This document shows positions 29,219 to 38,413 of a stretch of DNA of 41,712 bases, piece by piece. The position numbers and the translations under genes are program-made. A model generated the notes under the pieces. It saw only the letters and a program-made list of their open reading frames with translations. It made no database searches and was not told the origin of the DNA. Source of the stretch: an uncultured Pseudomonadales bacterium. Lineage in GTDB: Bacteria > Patescibacteriota > Microgenomatia > UBA1400 > UBA1396. Within the stretch, counting starts at the first letter, position 1. Each line of letters opens with the position of its first letter. The stretch spans positions 1 to 41,712 of the forward strand of contig CAYUUK010000009.1 of assembly GCA_964447905.1 (NCBI GenBank). The letters run 5' to 3'.

Positions 29219-29694
29219 ACTGTTTGCACCTGAATACTCACATCCTGCAAAACTCGGAACATATCTATCGGAGATAAACGAATTGTTCTATTATGCACTC
29301 CAGCGTTAATGAACACCTGTTTTTGTTCTAGCAGTTGCTGGTCAAAAATCACGGGATACTGCCGTTCATACCCCAATGGGGCCAAGGCGCCAATCTCAAT
29401 ACTCAACTCTGCTAGCACTTCTTCCGGTTGCACGAGTTTCCACTTTTTATATGAGAGTTGCTTTGTGATGACATTGAGCGGAATCATCTCATCACCCTGC
29501 CACACCACCAACCAATACTCGAACTGACGTTTTGTTTGGTACAACTTTATGAGCAAGGTTTTGACACCCTGTTCTGGAGAATGCTCACAAACTTCAGCAG
29601 CTTGTTGCATGGTAAAGACAGGCTCATGTTCTAATACTTCATGAGAAATGCTCTTCTCTTTAAGAAGATTTTGCACGTTTTTAAAAATACTCAT
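29215..29694 (-). CDS. YbaK/ProX (aminoacyl-tRNA editing) domain protein
   Basis: HEPVFT...VKTLL...IGALAPLG...FINAGVHNRTI. Confidence 0.88.
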   Translation of the reverse strand: MSIFKNVQNLLKEKSISHEVLEHEPVFTMQQAAEVCEHSPEQGVKTLLIKLYQTKRQFEYWLVVWQGDEMIPLNVITKQLSYKKWKLVQPEEVLAELSIEIGALAPLGYERQYPVIFDQQLLEQKQVFINAGVHNRTIRLSPIDMFRVLQDVSIQVQTV

Positions 29695-29703
29695 GGAAAA
29701 TAT

Positions 29704-29994
29704 TTATCTTTTAGGATCGACGATACCATCAGTATCAGAGTGAGGTTCTGCTGTTTCTTCTCGCCCACGAACAGTTCCACCGAAAAGGTTTGGCTCTGCA
29801 GTAGAAAAAGAAGTCTTCTCTGAAGAAAAAAGTAAAGCCTTTATTTTTTGCAATAAACGCCGAGCTCGCTCGCGAAAATTTGGATCTTGGTTTTGGAGCA
29901 ATTCGGTACGTAGCTCCTGTATTTGCTGAAAAAGTTGATCGTCTGTTTTTTTCGTTTCGGGAGAAATACCTGGTTGAGGTTGTTGAATTTCCAT
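29704..29994 (-). CDS. Hypothetical protein (96 aa)
   Basis: ATG-start ORF ending 9 nt before the YbaK gene; helical, charged composition. Confidence 0.5.
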   Translation of the reverse strand: MEIQQPQPGISPETKKTDDQLFQQIQELRTELLQNQDPNFRERARRLLQKIKALLFSSEKTSFSTAEPNLFGGTVRGREETAEPHSDTDGIVDPKR

Positions 29995-30220
29995 ACTTGA
30001 TTAAGTATACCGCACCAAAAAGAGCGGAAGAAACAGGATTCACAATTGCGCTCGTTCCCATTTATACCCTTTAGGGTGCTCGATCCCGGCGCGAACTGAG
30101 GCTCCACTAAAACGTCACCTCCAGGATTCCACCCTCCGGGTACTAGGGTTGCTCGCTGTGCTCGCCCCGTCGGAACCTAGGCTCACTTAGTTCGCCGATT
30201 CGCCTTCGACGCCACTTGCA

Positions 30221-30259
30221 CCACTAAAAAAGCAGCCAAAATGGCTGCTTTTTTAGTGG
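30221..30259. terminator. 18-bp perfect hairpin, bidirectional terminator-like
   Basis: CCACTAAAAAAGCAGCCA-AAA-TGGCTGCTTTTTTAGTGG. Confidence 0.8.
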
Positions 30260-30281
30260 CGGAGCATGTGGGTCTGGAACC
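30257..30281 (-). other. tRNA 3'-end remnant (Ser-like), att-like site
   Basis: GGTTCCAGACCCACATGCTCCGCCA resembles a degenerate T-arm + acceptor 3' strand + GCCA; no matching 5' half upstream. Confidence 0.55.
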
Positions 30282-30428
30282 AGTGTGTCCCATATGCAAA
30301 TACACCTTCCAGGCTAATTTATCGAAAATGAGACAAATGGGACAGTATAAAAAAGGAAGTGTCTCACCTTGCAAAACACGAATAAAATACGTAACATATC
30401 GGAAATATTTAAAAAATAGATTGAATCA

Positions 30429-30659
30429 GTGGTACGTTCCATAAATAGAGAAATTCCTAGTCCAAATCAATGCCGTTTCTTAAAAGAAGGCTCTAGATGT
30501 CATTCGCGTGGGGCTCTTGCACCTACAAATGCGGAAATGGTAGTAAATGATGATTATGAAATACTGCTCTACTGCGTCGCAAGTTTATCTACCTTGGCAC
30601 AACAATCATGTAGTAATTATGATCAAGCTAGCCCCGACTCTGAAAAAACTAGCGATTAG
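30429..30659 (+). CDS. Small Cys-rich hypothetical protein
   Basis: Four Cys conserved with the frameshifted paralog at 21892 (CRFL...SRC...AEM...LYC...AQ..CS.Y). Confidence 0.7.
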   Translation: MVRSINREIPSPNQCRFLKEGSRCHSRGALAPTNAEMVVNDDYEILLYCVASLSTLAQQSCSNYDQASPDSEKTSD

Positions 30660-31392
30660 GTACCTGCCCAATTCCAATCATGTGCCGAGCAAATTCCGCA
30701 GGCACCTGCTGTCGAAGGGTTGACTCATTCATTAAAAATTCTACAAATTGATCAATTGTCTGATCAACATCATAGTTCATTGCTTGAAGAAAACGAGTAT
30801 AGGTATTCAGGAAGTAATTAATTCCAAATACCTCGACGTTTTCTAGTTCTCCACTAAACAATTCCTTTAGCTGCTCTTCTGTATAGAAAACTTTATCAAT
30901 TCCTTTTTCGGTTGCTGTGCTGTAACCACCCATTTCGAGACCATGACCCACACGAAGTGTGTAAGGCATAAGAGCAACAAAACCACCCGGTTTAACGACT
31001 CTTACAATCTCTCTCAATAACTCTTCAGGGAAAAGTGAGTAAGACATTGGTCCATAAAGGCTCACGGCTGAATCAAAACTTTCATCTGCAAATGGGAGGT
31101 GATGCATATCTGCCACAATGAAAGGTTGCTCGGGATGTTTCACTTTTGCTTGATGGGTCATTTTGGGTGATAATTCAATACCAACATAATCCTCATGATC
31201 CATGATTTCATAAAGCAATCCGCTACCGGCCCCTACATCTAAAACCCGTCCTTTCAGATATCTGCTCAGGATGTCTGCTACTACAGCATCCTCTGCGCGG
31301 CAAGTAATCGAAGAATAACCATTATCATAGTCATCTGTCTCTGTATCGTAAAATTGGGCAATTTGTTGAAGGCGTTCGGTTTCTGAGCTCAT
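30649..31392 (-). CDS. Class I SAM-dependent methyltransferase
   Basis: VLDVGAGSG, GIELSPKM, ADMHHLPFADESFD and EIVRVVKPGG. Confidence 0.9.
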   Translation of the reverse strand: MSSETERLQQIAQFYDTETDDYDNGYSSITCRAEDAVVADILSRYLKGRVLDVGAGSGLLYEIMDHEDYVGIELSPKMTHQAKVKHPEQPFIVADMHHLPFADESFDSAVSLYGPMSYSLFPEELLREIVRVVKPGGFVALMPYTLRVGHGLEMGGYSTATEKGIDKVFYTEEQLKELFSGELENVEVFGINYFLNTYTRFLQAMNYDVDQTIDQFVEFLMNESTLRQQVPAEFARHMIGIGQVPNR

Positions 31393-31466
31393 GATATCTT
31401 TCTATGTCTAAATTGATAGAAATATATCACATGTAGTGGATATTTCAAGTATATCCACTTTATTGA

Positions 31467-31994
31467 TTACAAAATATGTACAACTGATGCAGTGGATTCT
31501 ATTCCTGAGCGTAAAGCATCAGGCTTCATTTTGATTGTTTTATTGTGAACACCCGGATTAATATATACCTCATTTTGATTCAGAAGGTCGCTATCAAGGA
31601 CAACTGGGTAGGATCCTGAGTAGCCAAAAGGTGAAAGTGCTCCAATCTCTACTCCGAGTTGCTCATTTACTTCCTCTGGGTTAGCCAATTTAACTCTTTT
31701 CACACCAAGATGTTGAGCAATTTGCTCAAAATCAACCTGTTTGTTTCCTGTCCACACTATCAAAACATGGCTATAGGCTTTTTTCGATGTATATGCACGA
31801 GCAAATAGAACTTTGACACCTTCTTCTGGTAAGTTCCCGCACACTTCTTGAGCTTCTTGCATTGTGTAGACGGGTTCATGCTCCATGACAGAATGCGCGA
31901 TGCTTTGGGCGATTAAACTATCAATTACAGTCTGAAAAACAGATTTACTCATATTTTCATCTCGTGGAGTATCATTTTCATGCTCAGTAGACAT
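31467..31994 (-). CDS. YbaK/ProX (aminoacyl-tRNA editing) domain protein
   Basis: HEPVYT...VKVLF...IGALSPFG...YINPGVHNKTI; starts 2 nt after the argS stop. Confidence 0.88.
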   Translation of the reverse strand: MSTEHENDTPRDENMSKSVFQTVIDSLIAQSIAHSVMEHEPVYTMQEAQEVCGNLPEEGVKVLFARAYTSKKAYSHVLIVWTGNKQVDFEQIAQHLGVKRVKLANPEEVNEQLGVEIGALSPFGYSGSYPVVLDSDLLNQNEVYINPGVHNKTIKMKPDALRSGIESTASVVHIL

Positions 31995-31996
31995 TA

Positions 31997-33871
31997 TTAC
32001 ATCCTCATAGGAGCTTCAATCCCGAGAAGTTCAAGTCCTGTTTGAATAGTTTGTGCTACAGTTACTGTAATAGCTAAACGACTCATTCGCTTGTCGTAAT
32101 CTTCTTCTCTTAAAACAGATACTTGATGATAAAAGGCATTGAATGCTTTTGCTAGCTCGTAAATATGAGAAGCGATTTTTGAAGGATTGTATGATTGGCC
32201 AGCATCTTTAACCACCTCTGGAAATTCTGCAACACGCTGAATGACTGCCTTCTCTGTTGCATGTTCAGGGTTAACTTGAACTGAGCTTAGTGCACGGACG
32301 TCAATCCCTTCAAGCAAAGATGCCGCTCGAGCATGAGTATATTGAACATACGGAGCACTATTTCCTTCCATGGTGAGCATCGAATCCCAGTCGAACACAA
32401 TTGATCGACGAGGGTCAGCCATTAAGTCATTCCATTTCAAAGCACCCACCGCTACTTGTCTTACTAATTCTTCTTTTTCGCGTTCAGAAGTCACGTGGGA
32501 TCTTTCACTGACTAATTCTCGTGTGCGGGCAAATGCTTCATTTACTACATCTTCCAAAAGAATAACCCGCCCTTTACGTGTGGACATCTTACCCTCTGGA
32601 AGACTAATCATTCCAAAATAGACATGTTTGCTTTTTTCAGCTAATGGGTATCCCATTCTTCGTAATATTTCAAAGAATTGTTCAAAATAAAATTTTTGAT
32701 CTTCGCCAACAACATAGATCATGCCGTCTGTGCTCTCAACATCGCTTCTGTGAATACCTGTAGCTATTTCTCGGGTTAGGTAGAGTGTTGCACCATCTGA
32801 TTTTTGGATAATAGCTGTCCCTAAATTATCATCTTCCATGTCTACTACGAGAGCTCCATCACTCTCAGTAGCAATGCCACTTTCCCTTACTTTTTGAATT
32901 GCTTCCGGTAGCATTCCTTCATAATAGCTTTCACCTCTTGTCCAATCAAAATCTACACCAAGAACGTCATACATACGTTGGAACTCTTGCAGAGACCAAT
33001 CAACAATTTGTTGCCAACGAGCTCTGGCCTCAGGATCACCCTGTTCTAGGCGTCTAAACCATTCTCGACCCTCATTTTTTATCTGTTCAGCTTTTTGAGC
33101 AGCTTCTTCATCCTTTAAACCCTTATAGAGATCACTATCTGCCTCACCAGCATCACTAATGCGAACATATAATTTTTGCAACTCTGCTATAGGGTCTTGT
33201 GCTATTTGTTCCTCATCACCCCAAAGTTCAATTGCTCGTAGAAGATGCCCAAATTGAGTTCCCCAGTCTCCTAGGTGGTTATCTTTTATGACCTCAAAAT
33301 CTAAATGTTCAAAAATTCTTGCTAACGAGTCTCCAATGATGGTGGAACGGAGATGTCCAACACTCATACGTTTCGCAATATTGGGAGATGACATGTCAAT
33401 GACAATTCTTTGACCAGTCCCAATCAGCTCTTTTCCATAGTCAGCACCCATTTCAAAGACACTGTCACGAACCATTTCAGCATAACGTGCATAATTGATT
33501 CTTGCGTTTATGTATGGACCAACTGCAACATACTCAGCGATTACTCCATTGGGTTCAACCTGAATTTGCGTTGCAATTTCTTGAGCAATTTGTGCTGGGT
33601 TCTTTTTTAAGATTTTTGCCAAAGGAGCACAATGAATACCAAAATCACCATCCACATTATCAGGAGATTCTTTTACCATCATTTGTTCGAGGATTTCATC
33701 TTCGAGACCAATTGAACGCAATGCTTCCTTGAATTCGTTATTTATTTGACTGATTGGATAGGTTGTTTTTGTCATAGCAATTAAAAATTCAATCGGCAAG
33801 CCTGGATTAAGTTCTCCTCTTGATTCCTGTTCTTCATGACTTGAATATCGTTCTTTTCTTCGACGTGGCAT
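31997..33871 (-). CDS. argS: Arginine--tRNA ligase
   Basis: GPYIN, SSPNIAKRMSVGHLRS, NHLGDWGTQFG, KMSTRKG, PYVQYTHAR and a C-terminal DALR domain ending APMRM. Confidence 0.97.
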   Translation of the reverse strand: MPRRRKERYSSHEEQESRGELNPGLPIEFLIAMTKTTYPISQINNEFKEALRSIGLEDEILEQMMVKESPDNVDGDFGIHCAPLAKILKKNPAQIAQEIATQIQVEPNGVIAEYVAVGPYINARINYARYAEMVRDSVFEMGADYGKELIGTGQRIVIDMSSPNIAKRMSVGHLRSTIIGDSLARIFEHLDFEVIKDNHLGDWGTQFGHLLRAIELWGDEEQIAQDPIAELQKLYVRISDAGEADSDLYKGLKDEEAAQKAEQIKNEGREWFRRLEQGDPEARARWQQIVDWSLQEFQRMYDVLGVDFDWTRGESYYEGMLPEAIQKVRESGIATESDGALVVDMEDDNLGTAIIQKSDGATLYLTREIATGIHRSDVESTDGMIYVVGEDQKFYFEQFFEILRRMGYPLAEKSKHVYFGMISLPEGKMSTRKGRVILLEDVVNEAFARTRELVSERSHVTSEREKEELVRQVAVGALKWNDLMADPRRSIVFDWDSMLTMEGNSAPYVQYTHARAASLLEGIDVRALSSVQVNPEHATEKAVIQRVAEFPEVVKDAGQSYNPSKIASHIYELAKAFNAFYHQVSVLREEDYDKRMSRLAITVTVAQTIQTGLELLGIEAPMRM

Positions 33872-33889
33872 ATGAAATCCTCCTAAGGT

Positions 33890-35134
33890 TTAGCGCATTT
33901 CTGATGTTGCACAATGGGCACCACCATAAAACTTTGTTAATTCATTCATTCTCAAGAGGACAGCGTTCACAGCGTGCTCACGAATAAACCGCGTAACATT
34001 CGGTGTCCCGTCTCTAGTAACAAAAACCGTAGTATCTCCAGTCTGGCTACCATGTACTAGCACATTTGGAGCGTAATCTAACTGTTCTTGTCTGGTCATA
34101 TCATACACGTGATCCGCGTTTTGCTCAATCCATTCGGCAAAAGTCCCTTCACGCATATTTTCAGGTTTCACTTTCACAATTCGCCCCATTTTTCTCATAA
34201 GGATAGATACATCACGATGGCGTGTTATTTCACCACAATGAACAATTGCTCCAGGAGCAATTTGTTGAGCAAAAGTGTCGATATGCATCTGATCTTGTGT
34301 CCCAGATTTAGGTCCTTCCACTACTACAGGAATAATCCCATCTCCACTGGCACTGAATAGTTTCTCGTGCATTGCGAACCACGCTTTTACTGCACTATAT
34401 GAAGTACGCTCTGCAGTTCCAATAACTGAAAAAAGCTGTCCGTTCAGTTCCATTGGTAAAATGTCACCACCTTCTATTGATCCACGATTCAACCCAGTAA
34501 CAACTGGTTTATATTCGAGACCAAGTGCATCAAAGCCGATTTGCGCAAGCGCCACTTCTTGGTCACGAATTGAGTAGAACATCCTATGTGTTCCCATTTG
34601 ATTTCCAGTTACGTGATTTGTGTCTCTCCAAAAAAGAAAATTACCAGCTGGAGGAAGATTTGGATTGAATGGTTTAATACTTCCTTTTCGATCAAGCACG
34701 TTTGTGAGAACACCATTAATTGCTATTGCCGGATCAAGTCCCATTGATTGCACATCTTTATCAAAAAGTTGAACAACTTCATCCACTAAGTGATCGAAGT
34801 CATCAACGAGTCCGTATCTTTGTTGAAGTAACTCTGCTCGACGAATAAGCTCGTTTAAAAATTGTTCTCTCGATGTAATAGCCAAATCGTAGCGCTGTGC
34901 CAATTCAGTACCAATAATCTCTCTCATGTTAAAGGACTGAATACCATGCTGTTCGAAGGTTTCTCTCATTCGGTCATGATCTCGTCGTGCTTCAACAACA
35001 CTCGCATCAGCAGAATTAGGTTCAAATAAGGATTTTTCGGGAGGAAGTGTTAAACAAACTGCTGCTTCTGTACCTGGAGGACCCGAAAGAACTGATTTAA
35101 TTGGGTCTAAAGGTGAGTAATTCTCGGCTCGCAT
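33890..35134 (-). CDS. Arginine deiminase-like (amidinotransferase superfamily) protein
   Basis: NFLFWRD, SIEGGD, MHIDT and GGAHCAT catalytic Asp/Glu/His/Cys motifs. Confidence 0.82.
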   Translation of the reverse strand: MRAENYSPLDPIKSVLSGPPGTEAAVCLTLPPEKSLFEPNSADASVVEARRDHDRMRETFEQHGIQSFNMREIIGTELAQRYDLAITSREQFLNELIRRAELLQQRYGLVDDFDHLVDEVVQLFDKDVQSMGLDPAIAINGVLTNVLDRKGSIKPFNPNLPPAGNFLFWRDTNHVTGNQMGTHRMFYSIRDQEVALAQIGFDALGLEYKPVVTGLNRGSIEGGDILPMELNGQLFSVIGTAERTSYSAVKAWFAMHEKLFSASGDGIIPVVVEGPKSGTQDQMHIDTFAQQIAPGAIVHCGEITRHRDVSILMRKMGRIVKVKPENMREGTFAEWIEQNADHVYDMTRQEQLDYAPNVLVHGSQTGDTTVFVTRDGTPNVTRFIREHAVNAVLLRMNELTKFYGGAHCATSEMR

Positions 35135-35261
35135 GTTTGTTTCCTATCTAGGCAAGCAGTTAATATTTCTCCGAAAATACCACAAAATACATCAATTGTA
35201 AACATCTATTGATGTTAGAAACGCAAAGCTAATTAATTAGATAGATATCAATCGTATATAA

Positions 35262-36536
35262 CTATATACTCTCCCTAAAATGATTTTTTACTTTCGAAGA
35301 CGTCTTCATCGCTAATGAATACAACTCAATAAATCCAGCACTCGAGTTTTGATTAAACTTGCCATTTTTGTTGAATGTGGCTAAGTCAGCATCGAATAGT
35401 GAATGTGGTGAAGTGACGCTAACAACATCAGCTCGACCTTTATACAATTTGAGTTTTACGATCCCACTCACTTTTTGATTCATAGAATCAATATAAGCAT
35501 TCAGATGTCGCATGCTTGGCTCTTGCCATTTCGCACTGTAGCAAAGGTATGCCCATTTTGAATCAACAAACTCCTTAAGCTCGTTTTCGGTCTGAGTGCT
35601 GACGAGTTTTTCCAAATTGTAGTGTGCCAGAGTAATTGCATGTGCCGCTGGGGCTTCGTAGACTCCTCTAACTTTCAAACCAACCAAACGGTCCTCAATC
35701 AAGATGGTGTAACCAACTCCATGTTTGCCAACAATACTATTCGCTTCGTGAATCAGTTCAACTAGAGACATCTGCTTGCCATTCAAAGCAACAGGCAAAC
35801 CTTTCAAAAACTCAATCTCCAAGTATTCTGGCTTGTCTGGAGCTTGTTCTGGCAAAGTAGTAACTTGTAGAATTTGTTCTAGCTTGGGTTCTTGTTTAGG
35901 ATCTTCAATCTCTCCACCTTCTCCAGTCACCCCCCACATATTGTCATCCCAGGAGTAGGGAACATTTTTTTTGGCTTGCTTGGTTTCGATACCATGCTTG
36001 GCGGCGTACTTGAGCTGTTCATCTCTGCCCATGCTCCATTCACGCACTGGTGCAATCGCTTTCATGTAAGGATCTTCACAAAGAATTGAGCTTTCAATAC
36101 GTACTTGATCATTGCCCTTGCCAGTAGCTCCATGGGCGATAACCGTTGCTCCCTCTGCATGAGCGATTTCTACCGCTTTTTTAGCGAGCAGTGGACGTCC
36201 AATCGGAGTGCTCAGATGGTACTCACCCTGGTAACTCCCATTCGCCTTGATTGCTTGAGCGATATACTTATTGGCAAACTCTTCTTTGCAATCTAGGACA
36301 ATTGCCTTCTTTGCTCCAAGCTTGATCGCTTTTTGCTTAATTGCTTCGAGATCATCAGCTTGTTGACCAATATCTATCGTTAAAGCGATAACTTCAGCTC
36401 CGTAAGAATCCTGAATCCACTTGAGCATGACCGAAGTATCAAGTCCGCCTGAGTAGAGTAGAACTACTTTGTTTATTTGATCGCCTTCGTGAACTTCATG
36501 AGAGGCTATCTTTTTGTAATTTGTTTGTGTTTGCAT
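35262..36536 (-). CDS. argG: Argininosuccinate synthase
   Basis: LLYSGGLDTS, HGATGKGNDQVR and EDRLVGLKVRGVYEAP; start ATG 36536 with AAGGA SD. Confidence 0.96.
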   Translation of the reverse strand: MQTQTNYKKIASHEVHEGDQINKVVLLYSGGLDTSVMLKWIQDSYGAEVIALTIDIGQQADDLEAIKQKAIKLGAKKAIVLDCKEEFANKYIAQAIKANGSYQGEYHLSTPIGRPLLAKKAVEIAHAEGATVIAHGATGKGNDQVRIESSILCEDPYMKAIAPVREWSMGRDEQLKYAAKHGIETKQAKKNVPYSWDDNMWGVTGEGGEIEDPKQEPKLEQILQVTTLPEQAPDKPEYLEIEFLKGLPVALNGKQMSLVELIHEANSIVGKHGVGYTILIEDRLVGLKVRGVYEAPAAHAITLAHYNLEKLVSTQTENELKEFVDSKWAYLCYSAKWQEPSMRHLNAYIDSMNQKVSGIVKLKLYKGRADVVSVTSPHSLFDADLATFNKNGKFNQNSSAGFIELYSLAMKTSSKVKNHFRESI

Positions 36537-36543
36537 GTTTTCC

Positions 36544-37908
36544 TTATTTGAGTAAATCTTGTAATTTTTGTTGAAAGTGTTTGTTTTGTTTTTTCCAGTA
36601 TGTACGCTCAAGGCGAGACCTTTTTTGTGTAATTCCTAGTTGTAAGTTGCCAGTGGATCCCTGTGAGATTGCTTTCATTAACAACTCTGCTATGTCGAAA
36701 TCTGGAATCTCATGTAGATGATCCTTAACGTATCGATACGCTTCTCGAAACGGCATGTCTTTTTCTTCTACTAACACATATGCCCAATGAGCAGCAAAAA
36801 GTTCTTTAGGAATATGGTGTTCTACTTTTTCTTGATTGATTGTGAGCGTCTCTACATGCAGTTGGGCTACTTGAAGTGATTCAAGCGTTGTTTGAAAAGC
36901 TGAGATAAGACTTCCCTTGGCTTGTTGCAAATCTCTGTTATATCCAGAGGGGATGCTCGCCAAACTGGTGCTTAATTGAAGTTGAGTGGAGACTATTTGA
37001 TGATACTTTGATCGCATTAACTCTAAAGCGTCCCAGTTTTGTTTCTGAGGCATGATACTACTGCCCGTACCAAGTTCTTTGGCAAAAGAAATGTAGCCAA
37101 ATGGTTCAGTTGTAAAAATAAGACAGTCAGTCGCAAATTTATTAAGCGTTGCCATGATCTGGCACAGTGCATGGATAGTTACCGCTTCAATTTTCCCTCG
37201 TGAGTTTTGACAATACAGGGCATTGTTTTGAACTTTCTCAAAGCCAAGTAAATGAGCTGTGAATTCTCGGTCAAGTGGTAGAGTTACACCATACGCCGCT
37301 CCAGAACCAAGCGGCGACTGATTATTGAGTTGATAGGCAGTTTTTAATACTTCTAGATCGTCGAGCAAGCTTTCTGCATAGGCTCCAAGCCACAACCCAA
37401 ATGATGACAACATAGCAGGTTGCATGTGGGTCATGCCAGCTAGGGGAACATTTTGGTAGTTTTCAGCTTGTTTGAGAAAACTTTCAATAAGTGCAATAGA
37501 GCTCTCAGCAATTTTTGAAATTTGTGTTTTTGAGTAGAGTCGAATATCAACAAGTACTTGATCATTTCTTGATCGTCCGGTGTGCAGTTTTCCACCCGAT
37601 TCTGGATGCAAATTCGTGAGTTCGGTTTCAACCTTGGTGTGAATATCTTCATCACCCAGTGAGAGATTCATTTCTCCACTGGAAAACTGTTTTAAGATTG
37701 CTTTCAATCCAGCATGTATCTGTTTAAAGTCTTTCTCTTCAATCAGGTTCTGCTTCTGAAGCATCTTGGCATGTGCCAGAGATCCGTAGATATCAAACTC
37801 GGCTAGATGGGTATCCAACAAAACGTCCTCTCCAGAAGTGTACTTTTCTATCAAAGCGTTAATTGTATGAGTGGTTTGCCACAGTTTTTTTGTCATAGTT
37901 TTTTTCAT
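36544..37908 (-). CDS. argH: Argininosuccinate lyase (start may be 37896)
   Basis: EDIH, LHTGRSRNDQ, THMQPA, SPLGSGA, GSSIMPQK and SGYNRDLQ. Confidence 0.95.
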   Translation of the reverse strand: MKKTMTKKLWQTTHTINALIEKYTSGEDVLLDTHLAEFDIYGSLAHAKMLQKQNLIEEKDFKQIHAGLKAILKQFSSGEMNLSLGDEDIHTKVETELTNLHPESGGKLHTGRSRNDQVLVDIRLYSKTQISKIAESSIALIESFLKQAENYQNVPLAGMTHMQPAMLSSFGLWLGAYAESLLDDLEVLKTAYQLNNQSPLGSGAAYGVTLPLDREFTAHLLGFEKVQNNALYCQNSRGKIEAVTIHALCQIMATLNKFATDCLIFTTEPFGYISFAKELGTGSSIMPQKQNWDALELMRSKYHQIVSTQLQLSTSLASIPSGYNRDLQQAKGSLISAFQTTLESLQVAQLHVETLTINQEKVEHHIPKELFAAHWAYVLVEEKDMPFREAYRYVKDHLHEIPDFDIAELLMKAISQGSTGNLQLGITQKRSRLERTYWKKQNKHFQQKLQDLLK

Positions 37909-37920
37909 TTATTTTTTCTT

Positions 37921-37997
37921 TGGTGAGCCCGGCAGGATTCGAACCTGCGACCTTCAGTTCCGCAAACTGACGCTCTATCCAACTGAGCTACGAGCGC
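37921..37997 (-). tRNA. tRNA-Arg(GCG)
   Basis: TCAGT-TT-GCG-GA-ACTGA anticodon arm; A73 and CCA encoded; C2-U71 mismatch. Confidence 0.93.
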
Positions 37998-37998
37998 A

Positions 37999-38076
37999 TG
38001 GTGCCCTAGGAGGGATTCGAACCCCCGCAAAACCCGGTTCCGAAGACCGGTGCTCTATCCACTGAGCTACTAAGGC
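37999..38076 (-). tRNA. tRNA-Arg(UCG)
   Basis: CCGGT-CT-TCG-GA-ACCGG; GCCTTAG/CTAGGGC acceptor stem; ACCA end. Confidence 0.93.
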
Positions 38077-38085
38077 ATTCTCACG

Positions 38086-38158
38086 TGCGTTTGGTGGGAC
38101 TCGAACCCACAACCTACTGCTTAGAAGGCAGTTGCTCTATCCCTTGAGCTACAAACGC
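38086..38158 (-). tRNA. tRNA-Arg(UCU), CCA not encoded
   Basis: ACTGC-CT-TCT-AA-GCAGT; GCGTTTG/CAAACGC acceptor stem; A73. Confidence 0.95.
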
Positions 38159-38390
38159 AAAAACGCCCCTTCACCTACCTCTTATCAGTAGACAAAGGGG
38201 CGTTTTCTGTAAACGCGGTACCACCCTTATTCTCTAAGTAATTACTCACTTAGACTTTACACCTGCTCTGTTACTCGATTTGAGTGACACAGATTTGAGT
38301 TATAACGGACTCGAATCGATCTCGATTTTGCGAGACTCCGCACTAGATTATATCTAGATTCATTGAGCGCGACTTCAATTCAAACGGATT
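38159..38390 (-). ncRNA. T-box riboswitch 2 (transcriptional; probable Arg CGC specifier)
   Basis: AAGGGTGGTACCGCG at 38228-38214; terminator AAACGCCCCTTTGTCTAC...GTAGGTGAAGGGGCGTTTTT; CCGTTA box; hairpin ATTGA-AGTCGCGC-TCAAT. Confidence 0.9.
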
Positions 38391-38413
38391 TATTTGTTTT
38401 TAACAACAAAGAA

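Noticed and set aside
30257-30345. Complete tRNA gene
   Set aside because: Only a degenerate 3' portion is present; no complementary 5' acceptor strand or anticodon arm.
31435-31459. 9-bp hairpin AGTGGATAT/ATATCCACT as a terminator after the YbaK gene
   Set aside because: No U-tract on the coding strand; function unsupported.
33890-35134. arcA of an ATP-generating ADI pathway
   Set aside because: No arcB/arcC/arcD nearby, divergent motif and biosynthetic context; symbol withheld.
37871-38065. 64-aa ORF (likewise 1391..1645 and 4963..5157)
   Set aside because: These overlap tRNA genes; spurious.
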